Shown here: positions 13,141-27,585 of the stretch, piece by piece | Layout: each line of letters begins with the position of its first letter | Numbering within the stretch: position 1 is the stretch's first letter | Origin: Tubulanus polymorphus | Taxonomy: Eukaryota; Animalia; Nemertea | Length of the DNA stretch: 64,000 bases | Assembly (NCBI RefSeq): GCF_964204645.1 | Contig: NC_134028.1 | Location: 14,639,653-14,703,652, forward strand | Direction: 5' to 3' | Program-made: the position numbers and the translations under genes | Notes under the pieces: generated by a model | Told to the model about the DNA's origin: nothing | The model's input: the letters and a program-made list of their open reading frames with translations, nothing else | The model's database searches: none

Positions 13141-15912
13141 GCATTCAGGCAGGACACATATCAGTACAGTGCCGGCGCGTAACAATTGTTTTATTAATGA
13201 AACAACATGGTGGATGGTTGAAATCATTTTCGGCTTAAATTTATCGCGAGTTTCAGGACTTAAATGAATTTCACGAAACCATGATTTCTAAAATGAGTCA
13301 ATTGATTAATTCTATTCGTAAATTAATTCACGTTGGCTACATTTCCCGAAGATTTCGGGCTCAAATCAACGTGATATGGACAGAAATTGTAGGAATTTTC
13401 GCACAGAATTTTACTTCCGCGTTCAGTTGACGACTCGGATCGATGACAACGACAGCGGAGTTTATGTATTTTAAGGTGAGAATCCGTTAACCAGGGAATG
13501 TATTAAATGATTTCTTTAATAATATGAGTATGGTAGCAAATGAGTACTCGGTGAAGCAATGATCATTGTTGGCTACTTACTTAATGCCTAGCTTTTCGGG
13601 GGGATGCGTGTAGAATAGATTTAGGCCTGGTTTACACTGAATGTGCACGACAATTTATTTTGATTACTTTCTTTCCAGCTATGTATTATTCGTGGAATGA
13701 ACTGGTCACTACGGTCTTCAATTCCTTTGTGGATTCTTGCAGGAATATTAAACCACAGTGCGCAAATGCTTGATTCAAATTAGGCTTTTTCGACATTGAC
13801 AGCCAAAGACGTAACTTAACACTCTAACTGAAGCGCAACTGTCTCATATGCGGTAAGTACTTGACGTATTGCGTAATTGTTTTTTTTTGTAATGCAATAT
13901 TTGGATAAGTAATCAGTCGTGCTAACGTACATGCAGAATTGGTTTCATTGTTATTATGGGATGATAATTCATGGGCGTCACGAGTCCTGTGACATACCCT
14001 TGATATGAAGCTTTTTTTAATGTTAATCATAGACTTGTTTTGGAGTAAACTGAATAGAATAAAATACCAATGCCACGTGGCTTGGTGTCTATGCTCTACG
14101 AGACTGTAGTAATAGATTTTCACAACAAACTCATGATTTAAATTAGTCTCCTAAGATATCTATATTTTATTTCGCTCCTTAACTAAGTAATTCTTACATT
14201 TGATTGCTTAATTACAGATGGAAAGAGGTCAGATGGCATGAAAATCGACTGAGGCTGACTAATTGGCGCGAGTAACCAAAATGCTTCAATCATCAGGGGT
14301 AGACAAATTAGCCGAAGATGAATGAAAACTTCACCTAGATGATCATCAGTTGATTTTGCTGTAATTATTTGCCTGGATATATCCTTCATTTCAAAATCTG
14401 TCTCCAGTAGAATTTCTTTCGATAAAATAAAAATTTATTTGACTAATTTTTATGTATTGAAGATTGAATTTGAATTGATCTTAAAACCAGAGAAAGCATT
14501 CAGAAATTTAGAAAATCCTTGACTCATAATCAAATTCTGTGAAGTCAGTTAAGGTCTTTTTGCTCGAATCAAGCCGAGGGCTCAGGTGGCTAAAACTCAA
14601 TTCCTCACTGTCTTATAATGCCCAGTACGACAGAGTTTACACACTGAAACACGTTGGGCTGTGTAAGTGTAATTTGGATAAGTCCACAATATAATGACCG
14701 CCCTGCCCCGCTGCAACAGACGTCAACAAGTTAGACTGTATTGCTTCGATGACAAACTGACTCCTACGCAAGATGACCATCCAAATCAAATGTTAATTAA
14801 GAAAACAACAAAACTAGTTGCGTTGATCGACAAAAATAAAACCAATAGTTTATTACAATACTTCAATTTCAAAATAAGGATAGGAAAAAAGTGAACAATA
14901 AGTGTGTTTGCCATGCGTCTTTAAATATTTCCCAAGAATATTTCTTTTTCTGGCCACCAACTGCCTCGACGTCAGACTTTTTCGAGATGATTTCGCTAAA
15001 AATACGAAACAAGACAAAATTGATGGATGGGAATCATACATTCACTTTTACTGCGAACATTGGAATGAGCTAAAGCAATTTTCTAGGAGGAAACATTGAG
15101 TCAAATGATGTTTCAAAATCTGGACGGGAAAAGTTTTACTGAATTTTATGGCTAATGGCAAATACATGTTTATATTGATAAGGTAAATATCTGTATAAAA
15201 GGTTGAATAGCAACTTGAATTGAAGGATTAATGATTTCTTATTCTAAAAGACGAGTGAGCCATACTTACTAGATTGGTCATGTGAATCAACATCAAATTT
15301 AGAACTATCATCCATTTTTAGTTTTCAATCAAAGACAAATCTATGAAATAAAGTACATATTTTTCTGATAACAACGTGGAATAAATTAAAATAAATCTGA
15401 GGAATTCACCAAATTTCTGTATCGAACCCCTAATATATAACCCATAGATTGATACTTACTTACGACAAATTGACGAAGAAACTTCATTTGACAGTATACA
15501 AACTCGCAGACAAACTCCCAAAATGAATCATGTCCTATTCATGATAAACACCTAGAATCAAACAAAATACAACTAAAAAATTCACAATACAGATTTCGGT
15601 TTCGTATCCTTCAAATAGCTGTTTACTTACATGAAACGAATTTTCAAACTACTTTTACCGACAGCATACCAACTCGCTGAAAAACCCCCAAAATGAACCG
15701 TGTCATGATAAACATCTGGGGCCGGTTGCTCAAAGGTTGTTTATGTCTTAAACAGTCGTTAAATTGCTAAACGAGTCGTTAAAAATTAAACAGTCGTTAT
15801 TTCCGGTTGCTCAAAGATTTAACGGTCGGTTAAATCACTTATACGACCGTTATAGTTAAACGGTCCAAGGTAGGTTGTTTATCTCACCTAACGACACGTT
15901 AAATCAACAAAA

Positions 15913-18681
15913 ATGGCCGACGACATAGGTTGCTTTCTTCCAAATTTTCAAAATGAAAGACATTTTAGACATAATTTCCACAGGGGCTCGTTACGATAGC
16001 TGGGGGTCCAAAATCAAAGATTTGACCCAGTATCCTAGGTACCACCTATAAAAAAAGAAAATGGAGCTAACATTTTGACATACAAGAATTGACCTTCTCA
16101 TTTCAACCCCTCATAACTTCGTAACCGATCGACCGATTTACACGAAATTAGATTCGTTTCATTCCCAAGAGGTGACTTTTTCGTTTGAGACCTTCCCCGA
16201 TGAAATCGGACCGGAGACGCCCGAGAAATCACGACTCAAATCCGAAAAAAACGGGTCAAAATATCCAAAGCCGGAATTACTAGGACGGCTTGAAGTGCTC
16301 AATTTCCGACGAAAAACGATGATTTGACGCGGTTCCCGGACGTTAATCTTCACATATCATACATCGCTGGAAAGCTTATGAACTGACCTTATTGAAAGAC
16401 GCGTTTATTTGATAATCCGTTCCGATACCCGCGACTGGCGAGCTGATAATCCAGATTGATGCGATAAATACGATTTCCAAGTGTATTCCGGCCGCCATTA
16501 ACTGCGTGACGTCATGAGAAATCCCAGCATGCAACGCTAGATAATTGACATATTCAGTCGACCAATCACGTATCGCGATTTTATCAGTCCTCAGAGCCCG
16601 TGACGTCACACCCTCAATGGCGGTTCAGTGACGCTTAAAGTGCGTATTTATCGGTTCGGTGCGTATTATCACCTCGCTTGTCGCCGGTTTCGGAACGGAT
16701 TATCAAATAAACGCATTTTTCAATAAGGTCAGTTCATAAGCTTTCCAGCGATGTATGATATGTGAAGATTAACGTCCGGGAACCGCGTCAACTCATCGTT
16801 TTTCGTCGGGAATCGACTACTCCGAGACGTCCTAGTAATTCCGGCTTTGGCTATTTTGACTCGTTTTTTCGGATTTGAGTCGTGATTTCTCGGGTGTCTC
16901 TTATCCGATTTTGTCGCGGAAAGTCTCAAACGAAAAAGTAACCTCTTAGGAATGAAACAAAACCAATTTCGAGCGAATCGGTCGATGGGTTACGAAGTTA
17001 TGAGCGATTGAAATGAGAAGGTCAATTCTAGTATGTCAAAATGTTAGCTCCCTTTTCTTTTTTTTATAGGTGGTACCTAGGATACTGGGTCAAATCTTTG
17101 ATTTTGGACCCCCAGCTATCGTAACGAGCCCCTGTGATAATTTCGAGCAATATGGGGAATTCACTGATGATCAATTGCGGCAAAGATTCAGATTTGGTCG
17201 GCATGGTCTGGAATTCATCAAAAACCTAGTCGGAGACGATATGAACAGGGCAACTCACCGTAATCATTCAATTAGTGTTTCAAACCAGATTCTGATAGGA
17301 CTCCGATTTCTCGCCTGCGGTTCATTCTTGGAAGTGGTTGGTGATGGTTTTGGTGTGCATAAGAGTACAGTTTCACGTATTGTACAGCGGTTCGTTAATA
17401 GTATTTGCGAACACGCCGATGAATTCATTAAATGGCCGGCAGTCGACGATTTGAATGACCTGAAGAGAGGCTTTTTTGATCTGGCCGGATTTCCGAACGT
17501 TGTTGGTGCCGTCGACTGTACGCACATTCGCATTCAGGCTCCAACAGAAAATGAGCCAGCTTTCGTCAACAGAAAGAGCTTTCATAGCATCAATGTTCAG
17601 GCAATATGTGATCACAAAGGTAAAATATTATTCCCAGTTAATGTTTTGTTTCTCCCGTAATTTATATATTTCCGGGTACTTGCGACTAGATGCAGCAAGC
17701 GACAGTTTTATCTCAGTCTTAGCATTACAGTAGAAGGCGCTACTATACAGTCCCTAATCTTCCCCGCTTCAATACTGGTTCGAATCCCAAGATAGGTCTA
17801 CCATCATGAAGCATACCCTACTTATGTTTGTGTCAAACTTTACCCTCAGTGATTATACGTAAAAAATGTCTATTAGTAGGCCTATTGATCACGCTGTTTT
17901 TCTTCTTTCTTGCAAGATTTACCAACATCATTGCAAAATGGCCTGGATCGACTCATGATAGTCATATATTCCGATCATCTCCAATCAGCAGGTATGAATG
18001 TCTCCGTCTCACTTGAACTATGTGTTCGCCCTCCCTTGTTTCTGTAATTTATGAACTATAAAAATAACCTTTTCACAGAAATCAAATCTTGCATATTCTA
18101 AAGTGTTACGTTATTGGAAAAACCAGAAGGAAAATAATTTTCCCATGAGTCGAAATCTAAGAAAAAGTCCATTTGACTGAGAATTGCTATCAATCATTGG
18201 AATCTTTTCTTATTGAAGCTTAGAACCATTCACCATCTATAACTCACAACTTGATTTAGGGATGGCTGATTTTTTCTTTCCTAGATATTTGGAAGCACAT
18301 CCAGAATATGATGGCTTCATTTTAGGAGATAGTGGATATGCGTGCCGGAGGTTTCTGCTTACTCCGTTTTTACATCCGCACTCAAGGGCAGAGAGAAGGT
18401 ACAACGGCTCTCATAAAAGTACCAGAAGCATCATCGAAAGGGCTTTTGGAATCTTTAAACGCCGATTCCACATTCTACACGGAGAGATTAGAATGATACC
18501 CGGACGTGTCTGTAAGATCGTTTTGTGCTGTGCCATACTACACAACATAGCTATACAGTTGAATGAACCAGAGCCCGCAGATTTCGTCGACGAAATGGAG
18601 TTTGATGACGTCTTTGCACCACCAAATGTTGATGGCGTGGCATTCAGAGCCAGATTTGCGGCCAGGCATTTCAATGACTAA
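15913..18681 (+). pseudogene. Harbinger (HARBI1-like) DDE transposase, three exons, interrupted by a foldback element
   Basis: [48 protein letters not shown]; introns about 17620-17915 and 17992-18284; removing 15979-17144 restores the frame (..RHNF|EQYG..). Confidence 0.92.
15979..17136. mobile_element. Non-autonomous foldback element with very long TIRs (P/Galileo-like or hAT)
   Basis: Ends CACAGGGGCTCGTTACGATAGC / GCTATCGTAACGAGCCCCTGTG; arms inverted over about 450-500 bp; 8-bp TSD ATAATTTC (15971-15978, 17137-17144). Confidence 0.9.
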
Positions 18682-18778
18682 AATCAATCTAATCATGGGA
18701 ACAATCTTTAATAAAATTGAAGAAAACATTAAATCATACGTTGTATTGGATAATTATAAACATGAAACGGAATCTTTA

Positions 18779-19949
18779 AATTATTCTTCTAATTTTCTAA
18801 TTTCCAGAAGTAATTTTTGTTTTTGGAGTTCTGCCACTTCTTTCTGGACAATCAGCAACTCGCACTGAAGCTGCAATCGGTCATCAGTGGTAAACTTCCT
18901 CCGTTTTGGCAGTTTTGCTACTACTGACTCCGGCAGCGTAGGTGTCAGCTTCTCTTGCTCCTCTGTAACTTTCGGCTCTGGTTCCGAATTTCTGTAAATC
19001 AGCGATTGTAATTTTGTAATTCATAAGCATCTGAAAATGAGAAATCAACCCAATGAGTAAGATGAGGTAATAAAAAGCTGATTGACATAGAATTGAATTG
19101 GACCGAGCCAAATTCCAAATCCGTAACCGCAATTTAGGTACACCCTTCACTAGTAGTTTGAGTTCTTCTTGAACTTTACTGTACATGACTGTCATGTTGC
19201 CTAAGTTAACAGTTATAATGGCCGGAATCTAGCATTGATTTTCATATCAGACATTGAGAAAGTATGTAAAGGTAAGCATTTAAACAATCAGTAAGTCCAG
19301 AGGGCTTTAATTAGCTCTTATAGGCCTATGACATGTGCGAACTAAATCACAGTCACTAGAAGCCGGTCTGAAGATCGTTGGCTAGAAACCAAAACAAAGG
19401 CAGACGATTGAAAATATGTTACCAAATTAGACCCAAAAATCATTAAAAGCCCTTTTAATAGTATTTGAATAAAATGATACACGATAGATTAACTCACCAA
19501 TAGTTGCTAAATCGCTCAAAAAGGTAGTTTGCACACCACCTTCTATTCCAAAAAAAGGATGGATTTCCTCGCTCTTGGATGGCAATAATCTCGTTGATAA
19601 CTGGTGCCGGCTGAGTAGGTGCAGGTCCTCCTCCAGTTTTCCGGCTCTCCCGCTGATAGCCTCCTACTGTGGCATTTACAGTTACACAAAGCTGCCGCCA
19701 CTTTTCCTTTACAGCAGCAGGTGTCCTCTCACAAATTCAAAGAGAACTCACTGACTTACTTATCTCCACCCACTTATCATGTTTTTTTTTCCGATTTGTA
19801 ACACTGTTTGTGAAGCTGCTGGTCAATAAATCGTAGTTTTCTCTCACTAGGCTAGTTAACAGATCGATTTCTTTTACACCGAAGTTAGTTTTATTTCTAC
19901 TGTTTTGTTGAGCAGGTTTAACTGACACAGATTCCATGTTTGCAGCCAT
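18779..19949 (-). pseudogene. Harbinger Myb/SANT-like DNA-binding accessory protein
   Basis: RNKTNFGVKEIDLLTSLV...KWVEISKSV...RTPAAVKEKWRQL; frameshift near a T run at about 19785; coiled-coil last exon at about 18780-19030. Confidence 0.75.
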
Positions 19950-22246
19950 TTTCATTTTGAAAATGAGGCTAAACACTGTTTAGGACTTAACTACTAGTTA
20001 AAAAAAAGATAACGACTCGTTAGTTAACCAAAGGCTTAAACAGTCTTTGAGCAACTGATCTATACAGTCGTTAAACGAGTGTTTAAGTAACGACTCGTTA
20101 GGGATTTTAACCAGTCGTTAGTCTTAACGACTGGTTAAAATTAAACAACCTTTGAGCAACCGGCCCCGTAATAAAGCTACAAAATGTCGGTTTCGAATCC
20201 CTCAAATAGCTTTACACAAAAGATGGATTATCAAACAACTATGAACTCCTACAATGCCACATGCCAATAATCTACAGTGAAAACCTGGAATTAAATGAAA
20301 TAAATCTTAGAATTCCGATTTGAACCCAACGTAGGCCCTCTCTCTACTTGTAAGCCTAAGATCTTGAAATAGGATAAATAATGTTATGATGAAAGAGGCA
20401 TAATGGTTCGGAAAAAATTGAATTCAATATGGCTCTCGGCCCGGCAAAGTTTGCTTTTGAAATATCCTTTTGATTAGGCCTAGTTACACATTTTAAAAGC
20501 AAATGACATTTTGCATCAAACTAAAAGCGGCTTTTTTTGAGAAAAAGATTCCTTTGAGTCGTAAAATTTATAGCCTAGAACCAATGTCTTTGTCAAAGCG
20601 TGATGCACAATTTTGACTGGGTCTTTTTTCCACGTGGTAATGGACAGAAAATTTGAATAGGCCTAAATAATAGAATAATCTTTCTTAGGTTTCATGATAA
20701 AGATGCAGCATTAACTTAGATTAATGCTTATCTTTTACAATTAGGCTTATATTTCAAAGGAAAACGCCCAAAGTTGGTCGAACAGGGGTAGAGGGGCTGT
20801 GTGCTGAAACAGAGATAAAAATGCACGGGAACGAGTTTGTCGAGTGGAGCTTATTATTCCATCAGGGATAGTGTACTATGGTCATGTTATATATCGAAAG
20901 GTTCCTTATTAGTTCCGCTGCATCGTTTAAAACAAATTGAGATAGGTTTCCTTGTATTTTTTTTACATATTACATCACTTACAACGATAAACGTCCGTCG
21001 CCGACTGAAAAATTCGGAATGACAAAAACTTCCGCATTGAGAGCCCCATCGCACCAATTCAAATTCAATTATATGGATCGGAAATCCTCCAGCGATGCAC
21101 TCTATGATCTTTAGAACCTGTCTCTGCTGACTGATATTTCTATAAGGTCTGAGAATAAGCGACACTCGATGCTAGTGTTTAAGGCCCGTAAACACGAGTT
21201 CTCAGCGCGAAGGGGCGGGGCGCAGCGTCACGTGGTCCCGCTCTGCGAATAAGCGTCCGGGCACCGGTACCCGCTCGCTAGATTTTCAAAGAAATGAGTG
21301 CACGCAAACAGCCGTGACCACTTGTTAGTGACGTCACCAGGACGGATGCTCCGAGAATCGCCAAATCACAGGTTACTGTGAATAAATGGGATTCGACCAT
21401 TAAAAAGTTCAAAATGTACTTTCTTGTTTTGTAAAACAAGTTTATTCATGTTGTTATATAAAGCATTTTGTTTGAAACATTCTTTAATAATGTTTGTTGA
21501 GTTTAAAGCCAATTGTCGTTGTGTAATTCCATACTGGTCACTGACATCAAAGTTTTAGTTTTTGTTCACATATTTCGACTTATAAATATCCAACTTGTAT
21601 GTTCTATCTTTAAATACAGGCCATGTGATTAATTGCGTATCACTCCATTAGTTTAAAAAGAGAGCACATATTTCGATATTGTAAAATAATTAACTACATT
21701 TTTTCGGTCACACGTTGATTTTTACCCATCACTTATAAAATTCAAATTAACGTGATGTATTCTGTAAGCTATGTAAGCTTGTTCTTAAAAATACACTGTG
21801 CATTTTCAATTTGTACTGACCATAATAGTTTATTTTTCATAAATAAAATTCATATTTTAATTGAATAATTTCAAAATCTTTTCTATGCCCTCTGCAACGG
21901 AAAGTTACCAAGGACTATTACATATTCAGATGCACGTTGATAATTGATTTCAATCGTCCCTTCGAATAATTCTATGAACATTATTTCGGAAAATGCAGGT
22001 GGCGCACAATCATAATACATACAACTCATCAAGCTGACGAGTCGTTTCCGTAACCAATGTTACAGACGGGTAAACAATCTACTCGACTCCACAGACAACT
22101 AAACGACCCGAGTAACCCCCAATTTGACTATAACTATAAGTTATGTTATGTTAAACCGTATTGGTGTGACTTGACACATCAAATGCGTATCCCGCATTGA
22201 TATATTTCTATTATCCACTTTTCAAATTATGAATAGCACGCCTGCT

Positions 22247-23100
22247 CAGAAAACCCGTTATCGCTGCTTTGCAGCTATATTTATTATCATTATTTTTTTC
22301 CACACTTTCTGTCAAAAGTACACAGGGTTTTTTACTTTACCGCTTTTGCCGATACAATCCGTCTGATATCATTCAGCTCACTTCGATCTACAAATACTCC
22401 GTGCGTATTTTGAAGAATCAACGTTACAAAAGCAATGTCGGGCCGTAAACATCGAAAATTGAGCCCCATTCAAAGAGCCGACATGTTTTTCTAGGTCGTC
22501 TTTCCGAAATCTACCGCACGTTTCTTGCCACGTCGATTATCAATTCAAGTATAAATTAACAAATTTATTACCCAAAGATTGCACATTCTGTCGCGGTTTT
22601 TAAAAACTAATTTTAACAATAGCACATTTTCCTCATCAAATCATATTATCGATACACAGGAAATTTACTACTTTATTTTTTAAAAGCACTGTCGAGCCGT
22701 AAACGTGTGTCGCTACATCGTCGTTCCGGGGATCAGCTGCGAGTTTCTCCTCATCATGAGAATCAAATCGAGTACAAATTAATTTATTACTACCAGTGAT
22801 TTGGCAGCGGGTTTCAAGGAGTTAGTTTTACAATACCTATTTTTCTTTACCAAATTAACCGTGTATTTACTAAGGTAAATCTTTTGTGTACCGGGGAGTA
22901 GTAGGCCTAAAATAAACACGCCGAAGAGATATAGCGGAGAAAAGCTGTTGTGTCGACGAGGTATCAAAATAAAAGAGTATATTACTTTATTCGGCCGCGG
23001 GCTTCAACCTCTACATCAATAACATCAATACTCTATATTTCCTACAGCACATACCGATCATTGTCAAACGCACGAGGTATTTATTAAATACAAGTATATA
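22247..23100 (+). mobile_element. HINE-like repeat family 2 (3' end of one copy followed by the next copy)
   Basis: CAGAAAACCCGTTATCGCTGCTTTGCAGCTATATTT end motif with hairpin; homologous in reverse orientation to 41040-41890 and 47349-47775. Confidence 0.65.
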
Positions 23101-24996
23101 ACACACCATTATTTACCCATATTCCCAATTACTCCCAATAATATTCATATATATGAATGACATATAAATGAATAAGATATATAAATGAATAACTTCTAAA
23201 ATCAGTTTTAATAAAATGTTATTAAAATTGTGAGCAAACAAGTACACAGTGAGAACAACAAATCATTTCTAGATAGAATAAAAGATACTACAAATGTCAA
23301 ATCAGTAGATTATAAATTTAAGAAGTTAAATGAGTTAACAATTCATAAGAAATATCTTATTACAAATATTGATACAGTTAATAATAGATATGGAGATAAA
23401 TTAGTTATTCACTTAGAATATGAAGGGTTAAAAGGAAATAAATATAAATTCAGAACATATTTACCAGATAGATTTCATAGATTATCAAGTGAAGATTTAA
23501 AAGAATTATGTTTAGGTGATTTCTATTTCATATATAAAGGTAAGAATGAAAAAGGACACCATGATATAGATTTCGAATAAAATATGTAAAATAAATGGAA
23601 GAATTAAAAGAATATAGAATACTTGTTGATTCTAGAAGACTTACAAATTACAAATCTCATAATTTACTAGTGCAATTAGATAGGGAATTTAAGAATTGTG
23701 TAGATTGTAGTTCATGTAATTCTTTTTATAATTTATCGGATAAAAGTCTTGATCATAATTCTTCTATGATTCACGTTAGGAGAAATAATAAATGGTATCA
23801 TCTATTTTTAAGACCAGGATTATATAATTTAGAGACTTTAGCGCAAGAAATTAATAGAAAAGCTAAAACAAAAATGAGCGCAGCTGCTGGATTTGGAATT
23901 AGATTTTTTTAAAGTGATAATAATAATAAATTAAGAACAAAGTTAGGTAATGAAGAACCGCATACATTTATAGTGAGAAAACCATTAGCTAAACTGTTAG
24001 GAATTACACCAAATAAACTTTATTCAAATGTTGATTCTACACCAAATATAATGCCTTTTACACATTTTATATTCATTGCAATTTAACTGATCCTACAAAA
24101 ACATTTGAAGCAACTAAAGATACAATTTGTAATTCTAGAATATTAGATATTTTACCATTAAAAAATGTAAACAATTTGGAACTCAAATAAATTATAATTT
24201 AGCTGAATGTGATTTCAAACCATGCATTCCACATTTTAATAGTTTTAAATTAGAAATAAGAAATCATAATGGATACTTAATTGATTTAAATAATTTTCCT
24301 GTAATTTATGAATTAGTTATAAGATGTAAAGAATAATTTTTTTCACTATATAAATGAATATAACTGTTGGACCGAGTACATGTTTTGGATTTGATTTTAA
24401 ACGTGAGAAAGAAATGAAATTTAACATTAATGATGTAATAACTCATATCAAAAATATTAAATTTTTTAATGAAACAACATTTGACTATGAAACAACAATA
24501 AGTAAGAAACTTTAAATGTAGAAAAGATTACTGATTTAATGAGGGAGTCTTTAAGATTTTATGAACTAGAAGATTTTATTATTGATGATATTGAAAAAAT
24601 AATAACTGAAATATATGAAAATGAAACTAATAATATTATAAATGTTGAAATAATTATAAATAAGATAACTAAATATTTTGAAGATAGTAATTTTTTTTCT
24701 AAATAAATGGCGGATCAGAAGTGGATAATAAATGGATTATATAATGGCGCCTCACTATCAGTTGGAACTGTTGGTTGTACAATGGTATTAAAAAATGTAT
24801 TTTGAATGGGAAGTATTAATGTTGATAGATTTGATATCAATGATATCTTAAAATTAACATTAGCAGTTACTTTATCTAATTTAACTATTGATTATTTAGA
24901 AAAACAAAAATATATTCCTCCTATAAAAATGCGTAATTTTTTTACTAAATAAATTGCATCTGCAATTATAACTATTATAGGATCAGCAATTGTTAA

Positions 24997-25795
24997 AGGC
25001 CGAGGAGCAGTATAAAAGCCCAATCAAAGATGTCAAAGATGGCAGTACCCATGAAGCAAGAGTGCAGTAGAGAGCTCCAACGGTTGAAACTAGAAATCTC
25101 CTATTTTCTCTGTCAGTTATCCGATTTTGACCCTCCTTTTTGTCAGACATATGTATTAATGTGTAATATATTCATTTCTGCAGTCAAAAATGTGTTTTAG
25201 GCCCTCCTCTACGAGAAATTAAGCTTTTTAGTTGGTATTTCCTTCAAAATTTGAATCTTTGAATGACATAGAGGGAGGAGTTATCCGGTGAATTAGTATA
25301 GCTCACAGAGCACAGTAACAGTAATTTGATACCTATAGTCATCAGTATACATAAACAAAACATAGCCTCATTCATAGTACCAAAATTTGGCAACATCAAA
25401 ACTTTTTCTATGGTCAATGGATCAGTCTGAAATTTCGTACACTACTTTAGCTATCAACTATCAATGTTGTGTCCAAATTTCATCGAAATCGGATAAAAAT
25501 TAATGATTTTCAAAAAATTTGAAATGTCTCTAAAATCTTTAATCTTGGCCCTATCTCTACAAAAAAAGATCGCTAGCATCAGATTTTCATTCCCACTATG
25601 ACATTATTTAAAATTAGTTCAGAACTTAATATGAAAACTTTTATGAATTTGTCAAATTTAACTGTGTGTGACCTGCTTTTCTGTTGTGAGCCAACCTCGC
25701 TCACTCTAAACATTATAAACAAGATACTGTAAAAGTAGGACGGCCGATCTCAAGTGTTTGCCACCCGGTTAACTAGCATCCATACTCCTCGGCCT
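24997..25795. mobile_element. Non-autonomous Kolobok-type element
   Basis: TIRs AGGCCGAGGAG / CTCCTCGGCCT with TTAA TSD; splits the MASAIITIIGSAIV|NALAF ORF that is uninterrupted at 35406. Confidence 0.85.
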
Positions 25796-26889
25796 TTAAC
25801 GCTTTAGCATTTACTGGTGGCGGGTATTTATTTAAGCATATTGATAAAAATAGTTCATTAGGAGAACAAAGAAGACATAACTTAGCATTAGAGAAATATT
25901 ATAAAGCTGCAGAAGAATACAGAGAAAAGAGACAAAACTATATGGATTATATCAATAAAGAATTATACAATCAGCAAATTACACATTGAAAATCTCAATC
26001 AGTTGATGAAGATATGAGTTTATATAACGCAGTAACAAATAAAGAAAAATTACATCTATATCAACCTAAATTATCAGATTATTATGTATAATTTATGAAC
26101 AGAAGAAATATGAAATAACTTGGATTTTAGGTGGAACAGTTATTGTTATATTTGTGGCATATAAATTTACTAATTAATTATATATTATTTTTTGTTAAAT
26201 AAATGGGCGATAAAGTTGATAATAATGATATTATTCCTCATGATATAAATAAAACTAAATTAAAAATGTAGTTGGAAAAACAAATATTAGAATTTGAAAA
26301 TGATTTAAAAGAAAAAATATTTAAAAATTAAAATTATATAATATTTTGTTATTAGTGGTTCGGTTACAATTAGTTCTGTTATAACATTTTTAGCAATATT
26401 CAGTCCATTAACTCCTTTAGCTATATCAATTGGTATGTTAGGGTTAAGTTCAAGTGTTTTAACCGTTCAGAATTAAATATAAAAAGTAACAAAGAAAAAA
26501 TAAAATGTAATATAGAAATTAATAAATTAAAAAATACACTAGATTATATAATAAGTTTAAATGGTAATATAACAATTAAAGAACAAGATAAATTATTAAA
26601 AGAATTAATTATTAATTTTTACTATATAAATGGCAGATAGTTTTCCAAAAGCTTTCCAATATAATAAATCATTTAAATATAATATTCCTGCTATAGATTT
26701 TAATAAAAATATCACATATAGAAATGAAGTTTGAAATTCATTAATTAATTTAGATATTTATGTTACTGAAACTAATAATTTTAATATTAAAATGGAAAAT
26801 TAATTTCATGTATATTTAATTAATTTAAAAAAAATGAAAGATGAAAAACAATGGTTATTTAAATCTAATATGAAGTATTGGCAGAACCA

Positions 26890-27442
26890 ATTGGCAGAAT
26901 TTTCATTATTATATGATTTTATTGATAAATTTAAAACTGTTACTATTAGTGCAAATGATGAAATAATCAATGAGAATAATAACTTCCCAAGAAAATCTAT
27001 TAAAGGTATATTGATATTTATTACAATTGCAACATATTCTAATGGTGCAATACAAGTTGATGATTATAATAATCCTAAAATAACAAAAGTAGAAATAACT
27101 ATCGAAGGTATAGCAAATAAAATATTTTGCCAAGGAATGAGAATGATAGATCAGTGGCCAGAAATTAGAAAACATTTTGTGAATGAAAAAAATTTTTTCA
27201 TCTGAAAATTGTTATATTAATCAAATTGATTATTATACCGGTAATAAATACGCATTATGGTTAGATTTTTGAACAACTGAAGATAATTTATTACATGGTT
27301 CTGGGTAGAAATTACAGAACACTAAAGATGGAATACAATTATTCATGAAAAAGGAAGTTTAAATTTCAAAATGCACATTTATATCATATCTGACGCGCAA
27401 TTAAATATTATAAATTCTCAATTGAATAGTGTTATGTATTAA
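26890..27442 (+). pseudogene. Putative major capsid protein, C-terminal part
   Basis: NPKITKVEITIEGIANKIFCQGM...ALWLD...NLLHGSG...NTKDGIQL; paralog of 58005-59472. Confidence 0.6.
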
Positions 27443-27520
27443 AATTTTAATTTTAATAAAAAATTCTATAATAAATGGAAGGAGGAATATATGAAATACA
27501 AAGCCCAAGTGAACTGATAT

Positions 27521-27523
<3 letters not shown>

Positions 27524-27582
<59 letters not shown>
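27524..27582. repeat. (TA)n microsatellite
   Basis: About 29 TA units. Confidence 0.97.

Positions 27583-27585
<3 letters not shown>

Larger units (their letters stand above)
15719..20166. mobile_element. PIF/Harbinger DNA transposon (two-gene type)
   Basis: TIRs GGGCCGGTTGCTCAAAGGTTGTTTA / TAAACAACCTTTGAGCAACCGGCCC; subterminal TAACGAC repeats; convergent transposase and Myb/SANT genes. Confidence 0.92.

Noticed and set aside
13400-15200. Possible host gene exons (splice-like signals, short ORFs)
   Set aside because: No coherent reading frame or recognisable domain could be assembled
17070-17136. N-terminus MVPRILGQIFDFGPP of the 196-aa ORF as the true transposase start
   Set aside because: It is read from the foldback TIR; the real start is 15913 upstream of the insertion
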